DNA of 64,000 bases from contig JBMSAO010000037.1 in the NCBI GenBank assembly GCA_049414425.1, forward strand, positions 1,731 to 65,730. Reading direction: 5' to 3'. Positions 42,513 to 53,374 of the stretch are shown in pieces (the stretch's first letter is position 1; each line of letters begins with the position of its first letter). A program made the translations under genes and the position numbers. The stretch comes from Desulfurococcaceae archaeon. Lineage in GTDB: Archaea; Thermoproteota; Thermoprotei_A; Sulfolobales; Desulfurococcaceae. Below the pieces are notes generated by a model. It did no database searches and was not told where the DNA came from. It saw nothing but the letters and a program-made list of their open reading frames with translations.

Positions 42513-44270
42513 TCAGTCATGTGCGTATATTAGTACAACTCTCTCGCCGCTGATACTGTCTACGCGAGCAAAGCCCAGTCTGTATAGCTGGACAATCGAG
42601 TCTACTTTTTCACTCAGTATTCTACGCTCCAAGCAGATCTGCCTCCTGGCGAGTCTCAGCCCCTCTGCCACTACCAGCTCTCCTGTAGTAGACTCTCTGA
42701 GTAGAACCCACTGAATAATAGGCGCGTTCAGCTTCTCGACCTCTTCGTGGCTAATACTATGAAGCTTAGCGACAAATACAGGGATTTCGTTCCACGTGTC
42801 TAGGCGTGTTATTTCAAAGTTGGCGAGCCCCATTAACCTAAAGACCCCGCTCTTAGCGACAGCCAGGTCTGATCTAGAGATCAGTGCTATGTCCCCGCCC
42901 TCGACTCTGTATTTGAACACTTCGGCTCTAGATGGGTGGACTGGTATTGAGGCCTCTAGCTCCTCCTCGAAGCCACTTAGTTGCAGGTATATGGGGTTTT
43001 CAACTGCCATGTAGCGGTTAGCCACTGGGTCTATTATTGACCTGTTTAACGCGTACAGGTTCACTAAGCTTATTTTCGCGTCAGTGTGCTTTACGCCGAC
43101 TTCTCTAATGAGTCTCCAAATAGTCTCTCTGGCTATTCCGCGGCGCTTGAGGGCTCTTAGAGTCCCCAGCCTGGGGTCTGAGAGGGACTTAATGCCCTCT
43201 TCTAGTACTAGTTTCCTCATTTTAGATTTACTCAGCATAAGGCCCTCCAGCGAGAGTCTCCCGAAGTGGACTGTCTCCGGGTATGTCCAGCCCATGTGGT
43301 CGTAGAGGTATTTCTGCTTAATAGTGTTTGTCAAGTGCTCTCGCGCTCTCAGAATATGAGTTACCCCCATTAAGTGGTCGTCTACTCCAGCAGCGAAGTT
43401 GTAGGTCGGCCATACAATGTACTTGTCACCTACAACCGGGTGTGGTGTTCTTGATGTGTCAATAATTCTGAGGGCAATCCAGTCTCTCACACTGACATCC
43501 GGGTGTGATAAGTCAGTTTTAACTCTCACTACGGCTTCGCCCTCTCCGCAGTGGCCTTCTAGCATTTTATCGAACTCTTCTAGGTGCTTCTCTACCGGGA
43601 GGTCTCTGTGGGGACACGCTCTGCCCTCAACTCGCAGTGCTCTAATAGTCTTCATGTCGCAGAGGTCCACGTAAGCGCCTCCACGCCTTATCAGCTCCTT
43701 CGCAACGCTGTAGAATACTGGTAGCCTAAGGCTCTGGATGTACTCTTCATCCCAATTCACGCCAAGCCACTCCAAGTCTTCTTTAATAGAGTTATACGCC
43801 TCTGGGTATGGGGCCTTAGTCCTGGGGTCTGTGTCCTCGAATCGCAAAATCATCATGCCACCGTACATTTTAGCGTACCAGTAGCTAAGTAGCGCGGGTC
43901 GCGCATTACCTAGGTGAAGCGGGAAGTCGGGGTTCGGGGCTAGTCTAGTCACAACTCGCCCTCTAACAGCTCCATGTAGTGGCGGGAGCTCCTTTCTGTG
44001 CTCTATGCGCCTCTCTTCGAGTAGCTCGGGCCAGTTCTCTCTAGCTATCTTTAACTGCTCTTCGCGCGTTAACTTGTTGACCTCTTCTACAATGCTCTTG
44101 ATAACTTCAATATAGCTCTTCATGTCCCTCCTGATCTCGGGTAACTCAGCGGCTACTTTCGACACTACAGCCTTTAAGTCGGCCTTGCCTTCGTGTTTAA
44201 CGGCATTTATAATAGCGTGTTTAAACGCGACTTCACGTAGTCTTTTCAACAACGACTCGTCTAGGCTCAC
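42513..44270 (-). CDS. gltX: Glutamyl-tRNA synthetase (archaeal type)
   Basis: RLAPNPDFPLHLGNAR (HIGH-like), RFEDTDP, LSKSKMRK (KMSKS-like). 585 aa. Confidence 0.85.
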   Translation of the reverse strand: MSLDESLLKRLREVAFKHAIINAVKHEGKADLKAVVSKVAAELPEIRRDMKSYIEVIKSIVEEVNKLTREEQLKIARENWPELLEERRIEHRKELPPLHGAVRGRVVTRLAPNPDFPLHLGNARPALLSYWYAKMYGGMMILRFEDTDPRTKAPYPEAYNSIKEDLEWLGVNWDEEYIQSLRLPVFYSVAKELIRRGGAYVDLCDMKTIRALRVEGRACPHRDLPVEKHLEEFDKMLEGHCGEGEAVVRVKTDLSHPDVSVRDWIALRIIDTSRTPHPVVGDKYIVWPTYNFAAGVDDHLMGVTHILRAREHLTNTIKQKYLYDHMGWTYPETVHFGRLSLEGLMLSKSKMRKLVLEEGIKSLSDPRLGTLRALKRRGIARETIWRLIREVGVKHTDAKISLVNLYALNRSIIDPVANRYMAVENPIYLQLSGFEEELEASIPVHPSRAEVFKYRVEGGDIALISRSDLAVAKSGVFRLMGLANFEITRLDTWNEIPVFVAKLHSISHEEVEKLNAPIIQWVLLRESTTGELVVAEGLRLARRQICLERRILSEKVDSIVQLYRLGFARVDSISGERVVLIYAHD

Positions 44271-44748
44271 TAGTCACCACCACTAGGGCTTTTCGAGGCA
44301 CTTCCCAGGGCATGTCAATTATAAGCACTACTACTCCCTCACACAGAGACTTCACATTTCTCACTTCAAACTTACCTGTAACGTGGTAGGCTATAATATC
44401 TCCCCTCTTAACCTGCGAACTCTCACTGACTAAGAAGTATATGAACTTGCCGCGGACTTCTTGAAGGCAGAGCTGCGCACTCTTCTCAACTAGTAGTCCC
44501 GTGAACTCGGGGAGGACCGGGTCTTCTTCGAGGACCAGAACACTCCTAGTAAACACAGCTCTCTCTAAGTCTATAAACTGTACTACGCTTTCATATGGTA
44601 TTTCCCCAAAAAGCCTTGAGCACTCCTTTAGGAGGCTTTTAGTGTAGAGGTACTTTTGACCAGTAAAACACACGTGCTTGTTGCTCTCAGCGTCTTCGAT
44701 GTAAACCTCGTACACTCTTGAAGAGACGCTCACGTAAAACCGCCACAC
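44233..44748 (-). CDS. Hypothetical protein with a biotinyl/lipoyl-like barrel (DUF2118-like)
   Basis: VKRGDIIAYHVTGKFEVRNVKSLCEGVVVLI resembles a hybrid-barrel motif. Family name recalled from memory. Confidence 0.4.
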   Translation of the reverse strand: MWRFYVSVSSRVYEVYIEDAESNKHVCFTGQKYLYTKSLLKECSRLFGEIPYESVVQFIDLERAVFTRSVLVLEEDPVLPEFTGLLVEKSAQLCLQEVRGKFIYFLVSESSQVKRGDIIAYHVTGKFEVRNVKSLCEGVVVLIIDMPWEVPRKALVVVTSEPRRVVVEKTT

Positions 44749-45797
44749 CGCTTTTTCTCAATGTACTCTACTGGATTAATACCGCGCTGTACGAGGTAGT
44801 TAGCTATTAGAGGGCCTAGGACAACGAGGACGTTGCAGAGGTCTCTAATGCTCTCTGCTCCAACTAGAAACATCACTGTCTTTAGTGTGGCTATGTAGTT
44901 CATAACGAAGCGCCTAGCCCCCTCTAAGCCCTCCTCTACTAGTGCCTTTAGAATAGGCCTAGCAAAGCCCACGAGGTTAGCTCCTAGCGCGAGCGTCTTA
45001 GCTGCGCGGAGTCCACTCCACACTCCACCACTACCAACTACTACTATATCTCGGCTAACACTCCTAGCCTCTATTACTGAGAGGGGTGTCGGCACACCCC
45101 AGTTTGCAAGCTCTAGACCTACGTGGTAGTTAGCACTGTCTCGGGGATTGCGGTGAGCCTCGATCAGCGCCCAGTTAGTGCCGCAGGCGCCGGCTGTGTC
45201 TATGTACTTAACGCCCAGCTCAACTAGTCTAGAGACGACTTCCATTGAAAGCCCGTGACCAACTTCCTTAACTATTACCGGGACTTCGAGTTCCCGGGCA
45301 ACCTCGCGTATTCTATCGTAGAGGTCTCCTCCGAAGTCGTGGTCGCCCTCCGGCTGGACAGCTTCCTGCGCGGGGTTCAAGTGTATTGCTAGCGCATCGG
45401 CATCAATTACATCAACAAGCCTCTTTAAAGTGTCTACGTCTACTTCTCTCAACTGCGTGACTCCTATATTGCCTATAACGGGGATGTTTCGCGCTATCTC
45501 CCTCACAACTCTGTAAGTGTCAATGACGTCCTCTCTAAATGAAGACAGGAGAATGGGGCGCTGACTACCCACACCAATAGCTATTCGAAACTCACTAGCG
45601 ATCTTGGCGAGCCCCTCATTTATATGCTTAGACGTAGTAGAGCCTCCGGTTATAGCCTCTATAACTACGGGGGCCCCGAGCTCGTATCCGAGAAAAGTAG
45701 TTGAGAGGTCTACTCTGTCTAGGTTCAGGCCTGGTAGCCCTCTGTAAACTAAGTACACTTCGCTGTACACGTGCTCGCAGTTTCCAGGAAACACCAC
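44730..45797 (-). CDS. fni: Type 2 isopentenyl-diphosphate delta-isomerase (FMN-dependent)
   Basis: VVIEAITGGS, GVGSQR, IHLNPAQEAVQPEGD, IVKEVGHGLS, AGACGTNWALIE, GSGGVWSG. Confidence 0.9.
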   Translation of the reverse strand: MVFPGNCEHVYSEVYLVYRGLPGLNLDRVDLSTTFLGYELGAPVVIEAITGGSTTSKHINEGLAKIASEFRIAIGVGSQRPILLSSFREDVIDTYRVVREIARNIPVIGNIGVTQLREVDVDTLKRLVDVIDADALAIHLNPAQEAVQPEGDHDFGGDLYDRIREVARELEVPVIVKEVGHGLSMEVVSRLVELGVKYIDTAGACGTNWALIEAHRNPRDSANYHVGLELANWGVPTPLSVIEARSVSRDIVVVGSGGVWSGLRAAKTLALGANLVGFARPILKALVEEGLEGARRFVMNYIATLKTVMFLVGAESIRDLCNVLVVLGPLIANYLVQRGINPVEYIEKKRCGGFT

Positions 45798-45888
45798 GTC
45801 CTCTCTCAGACATATCTCTATGTGACTTTGCTTTCTGGACTCGTAACTAGCCTTGGCAGAAATGAGTACTCACCTAGTGTGCCCTGAG

Positions 45889-46764
45889 CTATTCACGCGC
45901 GACTCTTACAGCAGCGTAGCCAACTACAGCTGACCTCTCTCCAGAGACATCTCCGCTCGTCGCGTACTTCAGTAACTTAGCTTTAGCGCCAGTTCTCCTC
46001 GCGATCTCAATGAGGGTCATTATTCCGCCCGGGCCGCAGACACCTATGTTTCCCTCCACGATTAAATTGTAGAAGCCCTGCGCGTCGAGTTCAACTACTT
46101 TGTTAATGGCGGCCTCGTCCTTCTTCACAGTCACGTCGTGGGGTTCGTAGTGATTAAAATCACTCGAAGCCAGGACAACTACGTCTCTGCCGAGCTCTCT
46201 AGCGGCTCTGAGTATAGACTCCGCTAGGTCGGCTGCAACACTGGGAGTGTGTATTCCTATTACCACGGGGAGTATTTTCACTCTGCTCCCATAAATGTAC
46301 TGTATAAAGGGCAGTTGCACTTCAACAGAGTGTTCTTCTAGGTGGGCTTCTTCGTCTAAGTCCGCGATGTCGCTGTACTCAACTACCTTCTTACCTAGCT
46401 CCTCGTCGACTTCTAAACTACCTAGAGGTGTCTGCCACTCGCCGCTGGGATACACTGCGATCGGCTTGCCTAAACCCGTGTGATTTGTCCCGAGAATTAC
46501 GAGTGTCTGCGGTGCCCCGTCCCGCGCTAGGTCATAGTAGGCGTGAGCGGCAACGGGACCACTGTATATATAGCCGGCGTGGGGGACTACGTACCCCATG
46601 ACCATTCGGGGTCCTTGCTCAACTACTTGTGGGAGCGAGCCCGGTCCTAGTCTGTGTTTAAAAGACCACTCTACGACCTTGACGAGATCCTCTCTTCTAC
46701 TCGGGTAGAAATAGCCAGCGACGACTGGATACCTCACTCTCTTCACTACGTGAACACCGTGCAC
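45889..46764 (-). CDS. MEMO1-family protein (AmmeMemoRadiSam system protein B)
   Basis: PVVAGYFYP, VVPHAGYIYSGPVAAHAY, EHSVEVQLPF. Confidence 0.8.
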   Translation of the reverse strand: MHGVHVVKRVRYPVVAGYFYPSRREDLVKVVEWSFKHRLGPGSLPQVVEQGPRMVMGYVVPHAGYIYSGPVAAHAYYDLARDGAPQTLVILGTNHTGLGKPIAVYPSGEWQTPLGSLEVDEELGKKVVEYSDIADLDEEAHLEEHSVEVQLPFIQYIYGSRVKILPVVIGIHTPSVAADLAESILRAARELGRDVVVLASSDFNHYEPHDVTVKKDEAAINKVVELDAQGFYNLIVEGNIGVCGPGGIMTLIEIARRTGAKAKLLKYATSGDVSGERSAVVGYAAVRVARE

Positions 46765-46834
46765 GCGATTCTAGTACTTAATGTGATGAGTGTATTTAAA
46801 AGTCTAGTTTTGCGAAGCGCGTAAAACCGCGCTA

Positions 46835-47503
46835 CTAGACTGGTGCCTCAAACTCTAAAGGCGGCTCTGGCAAGTCGGCGTTTGCTGGTACTGCACCGCG
46901 CTCTCTCATGATCTGCCTCGTGAGTATCCAGTAGAGTAGAGCTAGGCTCTTACGCCCCTTATTATTCGCCGGGACTACTAAGTCCACGTTCTCAGTTCTG
47001 TTATCCGTGTCAGCGAAGGCGACTACTGGTATGCCTATTTCAGAGGCCTCCTTTACAGCCTGCGCGTCGGCTCTGGGGTCAGTTACTAGCACAACAGCGG
47101 GTTCAAAATACGTCGTTAATGCGGGGTTTGTGAATGTGCCGGGGAGAAATCTATCTACAAAGGGCCTGCACTGGAGGTATTGACACATTTTTAAAACGGG
47201 CTTTCTCCCGTAGAGCCTCGCCGAGACTACTGCTATTTTCGCCGGCTCGAACATAGCGAGGAATTTGCCGGCAATTTGCAGTCTCTCGTCAATTTTCCTC
47301 ACGTCGAGTATGTAGACGCCGTCTGGTCGCACTTTGTAGACAAAAGGCTCCATGTACTTAGTGCACACGTGTGTGCCTATGTGAACTCCAGCGGACAAGT
47401 ACTTGTCTACTGGAACTAGTAGCTCAATAGTAGTTGCGGGTTTCTCGTACTCACTACTCACACAACGCACCTCACGAGATCTTTGGGAAGCGCAGTATTT
47501 CAC
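46835..47503 (-). CDS. rps2: 30S ribosomal protein S2 (uS2)
   Basis: [51 protein letters not shown]. Confidence 0.9.
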   Translation of the reverse strand: MKYCASQRSREVRCVSSEYEKPATTIELLVPVDKYLSAGVHIGTHVCTKYMEPFVYKVRPDGVYILDVRKIDERLQIAGKFLAMFEPAKIAVVSARLYGRKPVLKMCQYLQCRPFVDRFLPGTFTNPALTTYFEPAVVLVTDPRADAQAVKEASEIGIPVVAFADTDNRTENVDLVVPANNKGRKSLALLYWILTRQIMRERGAVPANADLPEPPLEFEAPV

Positions 47504-47672
47504 GCGAGATCTCTATGTGTGAGAGGAACATTCTCCTACAGCAATACCTCTTGACTCCGAGGTCGTCTAGTACTTTAGCGGAGTTTTCACCCCGCTGAAC
47601 TCTCTCAAGGTACTTCTCCCAGAGGTGTCCTATAACAGCACCGCACGTAAAGCACCTAACGGGGAAGAGCAC
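47472..47672 (-). CDS. rpoN: RNA polymerase subunit N (Rpo10)
   Basis: [15 protein letters not shown]...[15 protein letters not shown]. Confidence 0.9.
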   Translation of the reverse strand: MLFPVRCFTCGAVIGHLWEKYLERVQRGENSAKVLDDLGVKRYCCRRMFLSHIEISREILRFPKIS

Positions 47673-47678
47673 GAGACC

Positions 47679-48122
47679 TCACCTGTAGCTCTTCTGCCAT
47701 CTCCTCCTAGCGCTAATTCTCCCCCACTTCTCCGGCTCTGTTCTACGCGGGTCGCCGCTCAGCATGTACCTATCGTATTCTTTAAACAACTTTTCCAGCT
47801 CACCACTTATCTCAGAGAAGTACTCTACTAGGCCCCTGGCAATAGCTATTCTACACGCATCTGCCTGGCTCATGACACCCCCGCCTTTAACGTTGATCTT
47901 AATGTCTACTTTCCGCGCTAAGTCCCCTATTAGTCTCAGCGGCTCTGCTATTTTTTCGCGCGCCATTTCAATTGGGAGCACTTCGAGCGGCATATTGTTA
48001 ATCCAGACCCTCCCCTCTCCGGGTTTTATAACAGCTCGCGCAATACTAGTCTTTCTCTTACCAGTCGCTATGACTATCTTCTCTACTCTAGCGGGGACTT
48101 CTCCACTTAAATTCGCGCTCAC
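47679..48122 (-). CDS. rps9: 30S ribosomal protein S9 (uS9)
   Basis: GKRKTSIARAVIKPGEGRVWINN. C-terminus ARRRWQKSYR. Confidence 0.9.
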   Translation of the reverse strand: MSANLSGEVPARVEKIVIATGKRKTSIARAVIKPGEGRVWINNMPLEVLPIEMAREKIAEPLRLIGDLARKVDIKINVKGGGVMSQADACRIAIARGLVEYFSEISGELEKLFKEYDRYMLSGDPRRTEPEKWGRISARRRWQKSYR

Positions 48123-48583
48123 TTAGTACCACCCCTCCACCCCAACTCTCTGGCTAACTCTTCAACTGTAATGTACTTTCCACCGAGTCTCGTGTACATG
48201 GCGTCGGGGAATCTAGTAAGCTCCATGTTACTCAATTCTGAGGGGACTCCAACGTACACTCTAAGCTTCTTAAACGCGAGTCTTCCGCGCGGCTTGTCCA
48301 TAGGTAGCATACCTCTAACGGCGCGCCTGAATATATTAACAGGGCTTCTGGGGCGTCTAATACCAGATCTCTCGGGGTTCGTGTGCGTCTTTACTTCAAA
48401 GAGTAGCTTGTAGCCTTCTACAACGCGCCTTTTCTCTCCACTGAGTACAGTTTTTTCCACGTTCACAACGTAGACTCTGTACCCCTTGAGGAGTTTCTTA
48501 GCTACAATACTAGCTAGTCTCCCCAGAATGTGCCCCGACGCGTCTACGTAAATAGTCTTCTCCGCGCTCACAGCTCTCACCAC
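48119..48583 (-). CDS. rpl13: 50S ribosomal protein L13 (uL13)
   Basis: [22 protein letters not shown]; conserved operon position. Confidence 0.9.
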   Translation of the reverse strand: MVRAVSAEKTIYVDASGHILGRLASIVAKKLLKGYRVYVVNVEKTVLSGEKRRVVEGYKLLFEVKTHTNPERSGIRRPRSPVNIFRRAVRGMLPMDKPRGRLAFKKLRVYVGVPSELSNMELTRFPDAMYTRLGGKYITVEELARELGWRGGTK

Positions 48584-48939
48584 ACGATCTTCACGTTAGA
48601 CCCCGTAGGTCTCTCCTCGAGGAGCTTAAATATACTTACAGCCCTGCCTCCGGCTCTAGTTATCTTCTCAATAGCGGTTTTAGAGAACGCAAACGCGGCT
48701 ACTGTAACAGGGTGGTCTAGCTCTCCGGCTCCGAGGACTTTGCCCGGGACTACGACGTAGTCATTGGGCTTAGTGTACCTATTAATCTTGCTAATATTAG
48801 CTACTCTACGCTTCCTGCTAGGCTTTTCAAGCTCTTCTGCTACGCGAGCCCATATGGGCGCGTCACGCGTCTTCGCGTACTTGTAGAGCGTCTCAATGAG
48901 CTCTCTTAACACGAGATTAGTCTTCTTCACTCTCTTCAT
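48577..48939 (-). CDS. rpl18e: 50S ribosomal protein L18e
   Basis: Sits between rpoD and rpl13. [19 protein letters not shown]...[13 protein letters not shown]. Confidence 0.85.
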   Translation of the reverse strand: MKRVKKTNLVLRELIETLYKYAKTRDAPIWARVAEELEKPSRKRRVANISKINRYTKPNDYVVVPGKVLGAGELDHPVTVAAFAFSKTAIEKITRAGGRAVSIFKLLEERPTGSNVKIVW

Positions 48940-49769
48940 TCTAAGACACCGGCCTCCTTCAGCTTCGACTCAAACTCCTCTAACTTCTTGATAAGCACGT
49001 CAGAGGCTATTACGAGCGTGTTTTTAGGGCTGAGAGCACCGGTAAGCTCGAGTTTTAACACGTAGGCGTTTTCTCGGTGTGAGACTCTGATAGCTCTACT
49101 AGGACAGACACTTTCGCAGAGTCTGCAGAAGTGGCAGTCTAGCACCTTCCCCTCGTCGACTACAACTCTGTTCTCGGAGGTCTTTAAAACTCCTCGAGGG
49201 CACGCATCTACGCACTTCAAGCAGTTATCGCAGTCGTTGTAGTTTACTGTGATCACAGGGACGTACTTGTGAGCTACTACTGATACGGGGCTCCACTTAA
49301 TGTGCTCTTTTCCGCGACCCAGCCTCGCGTAGGCTTCGAGTTTTATTCTCTGCCCTTTGAGAAGCCTCGCAATTGCTACATCCTCGTACACGGGGGCCAC
49401 ATAGGGGTCTGTGGATACTAAGTCTTTAGCGTACACTACGCGCTCCTCCTCCTCGGCCTCGACTACGAGGTCTAATTTCGCGAAGCAGTCTGCTGGAAAT
49501 ATGTGCTTCTCACCGGCCTCTGCGCACTCCTCAGGGGGCTTATATCTCGGCATGGCGTCGTCGCTTAGAAGAGGTATTAGGCCTAGTCTGTGAGCTATGT
49601 ACTCGTCGTAAAAAGCACTAGAGTTCTCAATAAAGACTACGTAGTCTACAGCCATAGTGGGGGTCTCTTCAATAATGGCTCTCCTAATAGAGTTGAGTAC
49701 GTGTAGGGAAATCCCCTCAATGTAGAGTTTTAGCGTGAGAGGAGTCTTCTCCAGCACTTCTACCTTCAA
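48936..49769 (-). CDS. rpoD: RNA polymerase subunit D (Rpo3) with ferredoxin-like 4Fe-4S domain
   Basis: [16 protein letters not shown] and the Cys clusters [12 protein letters not shown] and [12 protein letters not shown]. Confidence 0.9.
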   Translation of the reverse strand: MKVEVLEKTPLTLKLYIEGISLHVLNSIRRAIIEETPTMAVDYVVFIENSSAFYDEYIAHRLGLIPLLSDDAMPRYKPPEECAEAGEKHIFPADCFAKLDLVVEAEEEERVVYAKDLVSTDPYVAPVYEDVAIARLLKGQRIKLEAYARLGRGKEHIKWSPVSVVAHKYVPVITVNYNDCDNCLKCVDACPRGVLKTSENRVVVDEGKVLDCHFCRLCESVCPSRAIRVSHRENAYVLKLELTGALSPKNTLVIASDVLIKKLEEFESKLKEAGVLE

Positions 49770-49784
49770 GAAGACAAGCCCCCT

Positions 49785-50192
49785 CTACAGCCTCTTACCT
49801 CTCCTACCGCCCGGCCTCCTGGTGGTATCGTGAGGTATTGGAGTCACGTCTTCTATTCTGCCAATTATAAATCCAGACCTCGCGAGAGCTCTAATAGCGG
49901 CCTGAGCGCCAGGCCCCGGCGTTTTAGGCCCGTGTCCACCCGGTGCTCTGACTTTAATGTGGAGTGCCGATATCCCCTTCTCAAAGACCTCGGCAGCGGC
50001 TTTTGAGGCGGCTAGCATAGCGGCGTAGGGAGTGGGCTTCTCTCTATCTGCTTTAACGACTTTCCCACCACTGTAGATACTCACAGTCTCGGCTCCGGAG
50101 AGGTCTGTTATGTGTATAATTGTGTTATTAGGGCTACTGTAAATGTGCGCTACGCCCCACCTCAGCTCTCTCTGAGCAAAAGACATACTCAC
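49785..50192 (-). CDS. rps11: 30S ribosomal protein S11 (uS11)
   Basis: [21 protein letters not shown]...[15 protein letters not shown]. Confidence 0.9.
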   Translation of the reverse strand: MSMSFAQRELRWGVAHIYSSPNNTIIHITDLSGAETVSIYSGGKVVKADREKPTPYAAMLAASKAAAEVFEKGISALHIKVRAPGGHGPKTPGPGAQAAIRALARSGFIIGRIEDVTPIPHDTTRRPGGRRGKRL

Positions 50193-50201
50193 TACTCACC
50201 C

Positions 50202-50717
50202 CTACCCGGCTGCCGAACTCTCAGCCGCTCTTTTGGCTAGTGGGCTGTACGGGTAGTAGGATATGTAGGGCTCCTCGTCTACTGTGACTAAATAGCCCGG
50301 TGATCGTATTCTCCTGCCTTTAATAGCTATGTGCCCATGTGCTATTAGTTGTCTAGCCTCGTACATCGTCCGAGCAAGCCCCTTCTTGTAGACTAGAGTC
50401 TGAAGCCTCCTCTCCAGTAGATCTTCCACTCTAAGGTCTAGTACATTGTCCAGTTTAGCGCCTTCTCTCATTAAGCCTAGTTTAATGAGTTTTCCTATTA
50501 GAGCCTTCTCCTCCTTCTCTCTAACATCAGGTGGCGCGGCGAGTAGAGCTCGTGCTCTGTGCCTAAAGTACCTTACAATACTAGCAGCTTTCCAGAGCTC
50601 TCTCTTATTTCTCAGACCGTATAGTCCCAGAAGCCTACTCTCTTCCATCAAGACTTCTTTTCTCCACGGGTGGCGAGAGCCGCTCCACGTTTTTCGCGGT
50701 TTTTTGGGATCGCCCAC
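50202..50717 (-). CDS. rps4: 30S ribosomal protein S4 (uS4)
   Basis: [11 protein letters not shown]4 RNA-binding domain [30 protein letters not shown]. Confidence 0.9.
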   Translation of the reverse strand: MGDPKKPRKTWSGSRHPWRKEVLMEESRLLGLYGLRNKRELWKAASIVRYFRHRARALLAAPPDVREKEEKALIGKLIKLGLMREGAKLDNVLDLRVEDLLERRLQTLVYKKGLARTMYEARQLIAHGHIAIKGRRIRSPGYLVTVDEEPYISYYPYSPLAKRAAESSAAG

Positions 50718-50732
50718 TTATAGACACCCACT

Positions 50733-51203
50733 CTACTTCTTCTCTTGTTGCTGCGCGGTCTTCTTCCTCCTCACACCCACAGTCATGCCTACTCTACCTG
50801 TAGTTCTCGTCCTCTGTCCTCTGACTTTTAGTCCGAGCGCGTGTCTTATTCCGCGCCAGCTCTTAACTCTCTTCTCCCGCTCTATGTCCTCCTTAGCGTA
50901 GAATATTAACTGAGCTCCGTACAAGTGCATGTCTAGTCCTGTTGTGTAGTCTTTTCTCCTATTGAGAATACAGGACGGTATTCCAGCGCTCAGAGGCTCT
51001 TTAACGACTTTCTCAATGGCCTCTATCTCGCCGTCTGTTAAGTAGCCGGTTTTCATGTAGGGGTCTAAGTTTAGCACTCTGCACACGGCGAGGGCCAGGT
51101 TGTATCCTACGCCCTTTACTTCGGCTAGCCCGTACACTAGTGGCAAGTCTCCCGACACGTCTGTTTCAAGTATTCTCACGACGTGACGGAAACTCCTCTC
51201 CAA
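50733..51203 (-). CDS. rps13: 30S ribosomal protein S13 (uS13)
   Basis: FRHVVRILETDVSG...GVGYNLALAVC...WRGIRHALGLKVRGQRTRTTGR. Confidence 0.9.
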   Translation of the reverse strand: MERSFRHVVRILETDVSGDLPLVYGLAEVKGVGYNLALAVCRVLNLDPYMKTGYLTDGEIEAIEKVVKEPLSAGIPSCILNRRKDYTTGLDMHLYGAQLIFYAKEDIEREKRVKSWRGIRHALGLKVRGQRTRTTGRVGMTVGVRRKKTAQQQEKK

Positions 51204-51314
51204 GTCTTAAACCCCCCGAGATAAGCACTCGTGCTAATCACTACAATAGATAATTAGAAGCTTTTAAATACTGCTTACAGCGGATCGTCAGGAGTATGGA
51301 GAGAGCGTTTAAAG

Positions 51315-51411
51315 CGCCGGGGGCGGGATTCGAACCCGCGCGCCCCTTACGGGGCACTGGCTCTCTGAGGTCTCTCCAGGCCAGCCCCTTAGTCCGCTCG
51401 GGCACCCCGGC
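51315..51411 (-). tRNA. tRNA-Ser (GGA), class II, with ~11-nt intron
   Basis: Reverse complement: GCCGGGG/CCCCGGC acceptor, anticodon stem CTGGC/GCCAG, loop CTGGAG[intron ~51363-51373]A, long variable arm TGCCCCGTAAGGGGCG, T arm GCGGG-TTCGAAT-CCCGC, discriminator G. Confidence 0.8.
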
Positions 51412-51471
51412 TTCACGTGTTATTTAGCTTTTAGGGGTTAAAAGCGGTAGTCCACGTAGAAATACTGGTCT

Positions 51472-51786
51472 CTACGAGATCTCTAGTTCAATCCAGACTT
51501 CTGGTGGAACTCTGACTCTTATTAGTTGCTTCATTACTCTCTCGTCTTCTGCTACGTAGAGTAGTCTCTTGTGTATTCTCATCTCCCACTTCTCGTACTT
51601 CTTCTTGCCCTCACCGTGTGGTAGCTTGAGTGTCCTAATTGTGAGCTTTTTTGTTGGTAGCGGTATAGGTCCACTTATCTTCACACCGCTCTTCTTAGCG
51701 ATGTCCACTATTTTCGACACAAAGTCCTCGAGTACTTTCACGTCTGTGCTCCACACTTTTATCTTAACCATTTTCTGAAGAGACAC
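51472..51786 (-). CDS. rps10: 30S ribosomal protein S10 (uS10)
   Basis: KIKVWSTDVKVLEDF...GPIPLPTKKL...MRIHKRLL. Follows tuf. Confidence 0.9.
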   Translation of the reverse strand: MSLQKMVKIKVWSTDVKVLEDFVSKIVDIAKKSGVKISGPIPLPTKKLTIRTLKLPHGEGKKKYEKWEMRIHKRLLYVAEDERVMKQLIRVRVPPEVWIELEIS

Positions 51787-51868
51787 GCTCGACCCCCCGC
51801 GTGTGGAGTAAGCGCGCAGTTCTAATTACTGAAAAAACTCTTATTATGTCATTGCGAGATGGAGACCC

Positions 51869-53197
51869 CTACTTCTTAATTGCCACCTGTGCCGATTTGA
51901 CGTCTATTACTTGACCTACACCGACAGTCTTGCCCATGTCTCTCATAGCGAATCTTCCGAGTCCTGGGAAGTCAGCGTACTTCTCGACTACTAGTGGCTT
52001 AATTGGCTTGAACCTGATAATTGCAATATCGCCCTGCTTTATGAATTGCGGGTTCTTCTCAATCTCTTTACCAGTTCTCGGGTCTAGCTTAGCGACGATC
52101 TCTACGATTCTGCACGCGACGCTAGCTGTGTGTATGTGGATTACGGGTGTGTAGCCAACAGCTATGGCTGTTGGGTGCCACACTACCATTACTCTAGCTG
52201 TGAACTCGTCTGCTACTGTTGGCGGGTTATCGATTTGCCCTACAACGTCGCCTCTCTTCAAATCTTTTCTCTCAACGCCCTTTAAGTTAAACCCGATGTT
52301 GTCTCCCGGCTCGGCCTTCTCTATTTTAACGTAGTGAGTCTCAATAGACTTCACTTCGGCTGCAAGCCCTGGGGGCATAATTGATACTCTATCGCCTGTC
52401 TTCAATACACCGCTCTCAACTCTTCCAACCGCTACTGTGCCGACGCCGGGGATCGAGTGCACGTCTTGAACGGGTATTCTGAGAGGCTTGTCAATAGGTT
52501 TAGCCGGCGGCGTTAACGTGTCTAGGCCCTCGACTAGCACTGGGCCGTTGTACCACGGCGTGTTCGGCGAGCGCTCAATTAAGTTCTCGCCAGTCCACGC
52601 TGACACTGGTATGAAAGGTATCTTGGAGACGTCGTAGCCAATACTCTTCAAGAACTTACTTAGAACCTCGACAACTTCTTTGTACCTCTTCTCGCTATAC
52701 GGCGGCTCAGTAGCGTCCATTTTGTTAATGGCTACTATTAACTGGTTTATACCCATAGTTCTAGCTAGAATTGCGTGCTCTCTAGTCTGACCTTCAGCGC
52801 TCATACCAGCCTCGAACTCACCCTTTCTCGCGCTTGCAACTAGTATTGCGGCATCAGCCTGGCTTGCACCGGTAATCATGTTCTTTACGAAGTCTCTGTG
52901 ACCTGGCGCGTCAATAATAGTGAAGAAATACTTCTTAGTCTCGAACTTCATGTAGGAGAGAGATATTGTTAGGCCTCGCTCTCTCTCCTCTTTCAGCCTA
53001 TCGAGTAGCCACGCGAATCTAAAGCTCTCTTTACCCATCTTTTTGGCCTGCTCCTCTATCTCTTTGATAGTCTTCTCATCGAAGTAGCCTAGACGGTACA
53101 GTAGGTTTCCTACCATTGTGCTCTTTCCGTGGTCTACGTGTCCAATTATTATTAGGTTCAAGTGTGGTTTCTGCGGAACACTCACATGCCTCACCAA
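51869..53197 (-). CDS. tuf: Translation elongation factor EF-1 alpha
   Basis: GHVDHGKST, DAPGHRDF, NKMD, 442 aa. Confidence 0.95.
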   Translation of the reverse strand: MVRHVSVPQKPHLNLIIIGHVDHGKSTMVGNLLYRLGYFDEKTIKEIEEQAKKMGKESFRFAWLLDRLKEERERGLTISLSYMKFETKKYFFTIIDAPGHRDFVKNMITGASQADAAILVASARKGEFEAGMSAEGQTREHAILARTMGINQLIVAINKMDATEPPYSEKRYKEVVEVLSKFLKSIGYDVSKIPFIPVSAWTGENLIERSPNTPWYNGPVLVEGLDTLTPPAKPIDKPLRIPVQDVHSIPGVGTVAVGRVESGVLKTGDRVSIMPPGLAAEVKSIETHYVKIEKAEPGDNIGFNLKGVERKDLKRGDVVGQIDNPPTVADEFTARVMVVWHPTAIAVGYTPVIHIHTASVACRIVEIVAKLDPRTGKEIEKNPQFIKQGDIAIIRFKPIKPLVVEKYADFPGLGRFAMRDMGKTVGVGQVIDVKSAQVAIKK

Positions 53198-53374
53198 GTC
53201 TCAGTAACACTTGAATTGAAAAGTGAGCTTATAAATCTGGTTAAAGCGAGCTTGGAGAAAGGCGCAGTAAGCACACTCGCTAGGTATTGAGAGGAGAGGT
53301 AGTACTACTAGTCAGGATAAGCAACACTAAGTCTCACGGACTAGTATCAGAGCGCTACTTAAGAGTACTAAAAA

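Noticed and set aside
45628-45813. 61-aa minus-strand ORF overlapping the 5' end of fni
   Set aside because: It is in an alternative frame within the type-2 IDI gene, with an Arg/Ser-rich translation and no independent support.
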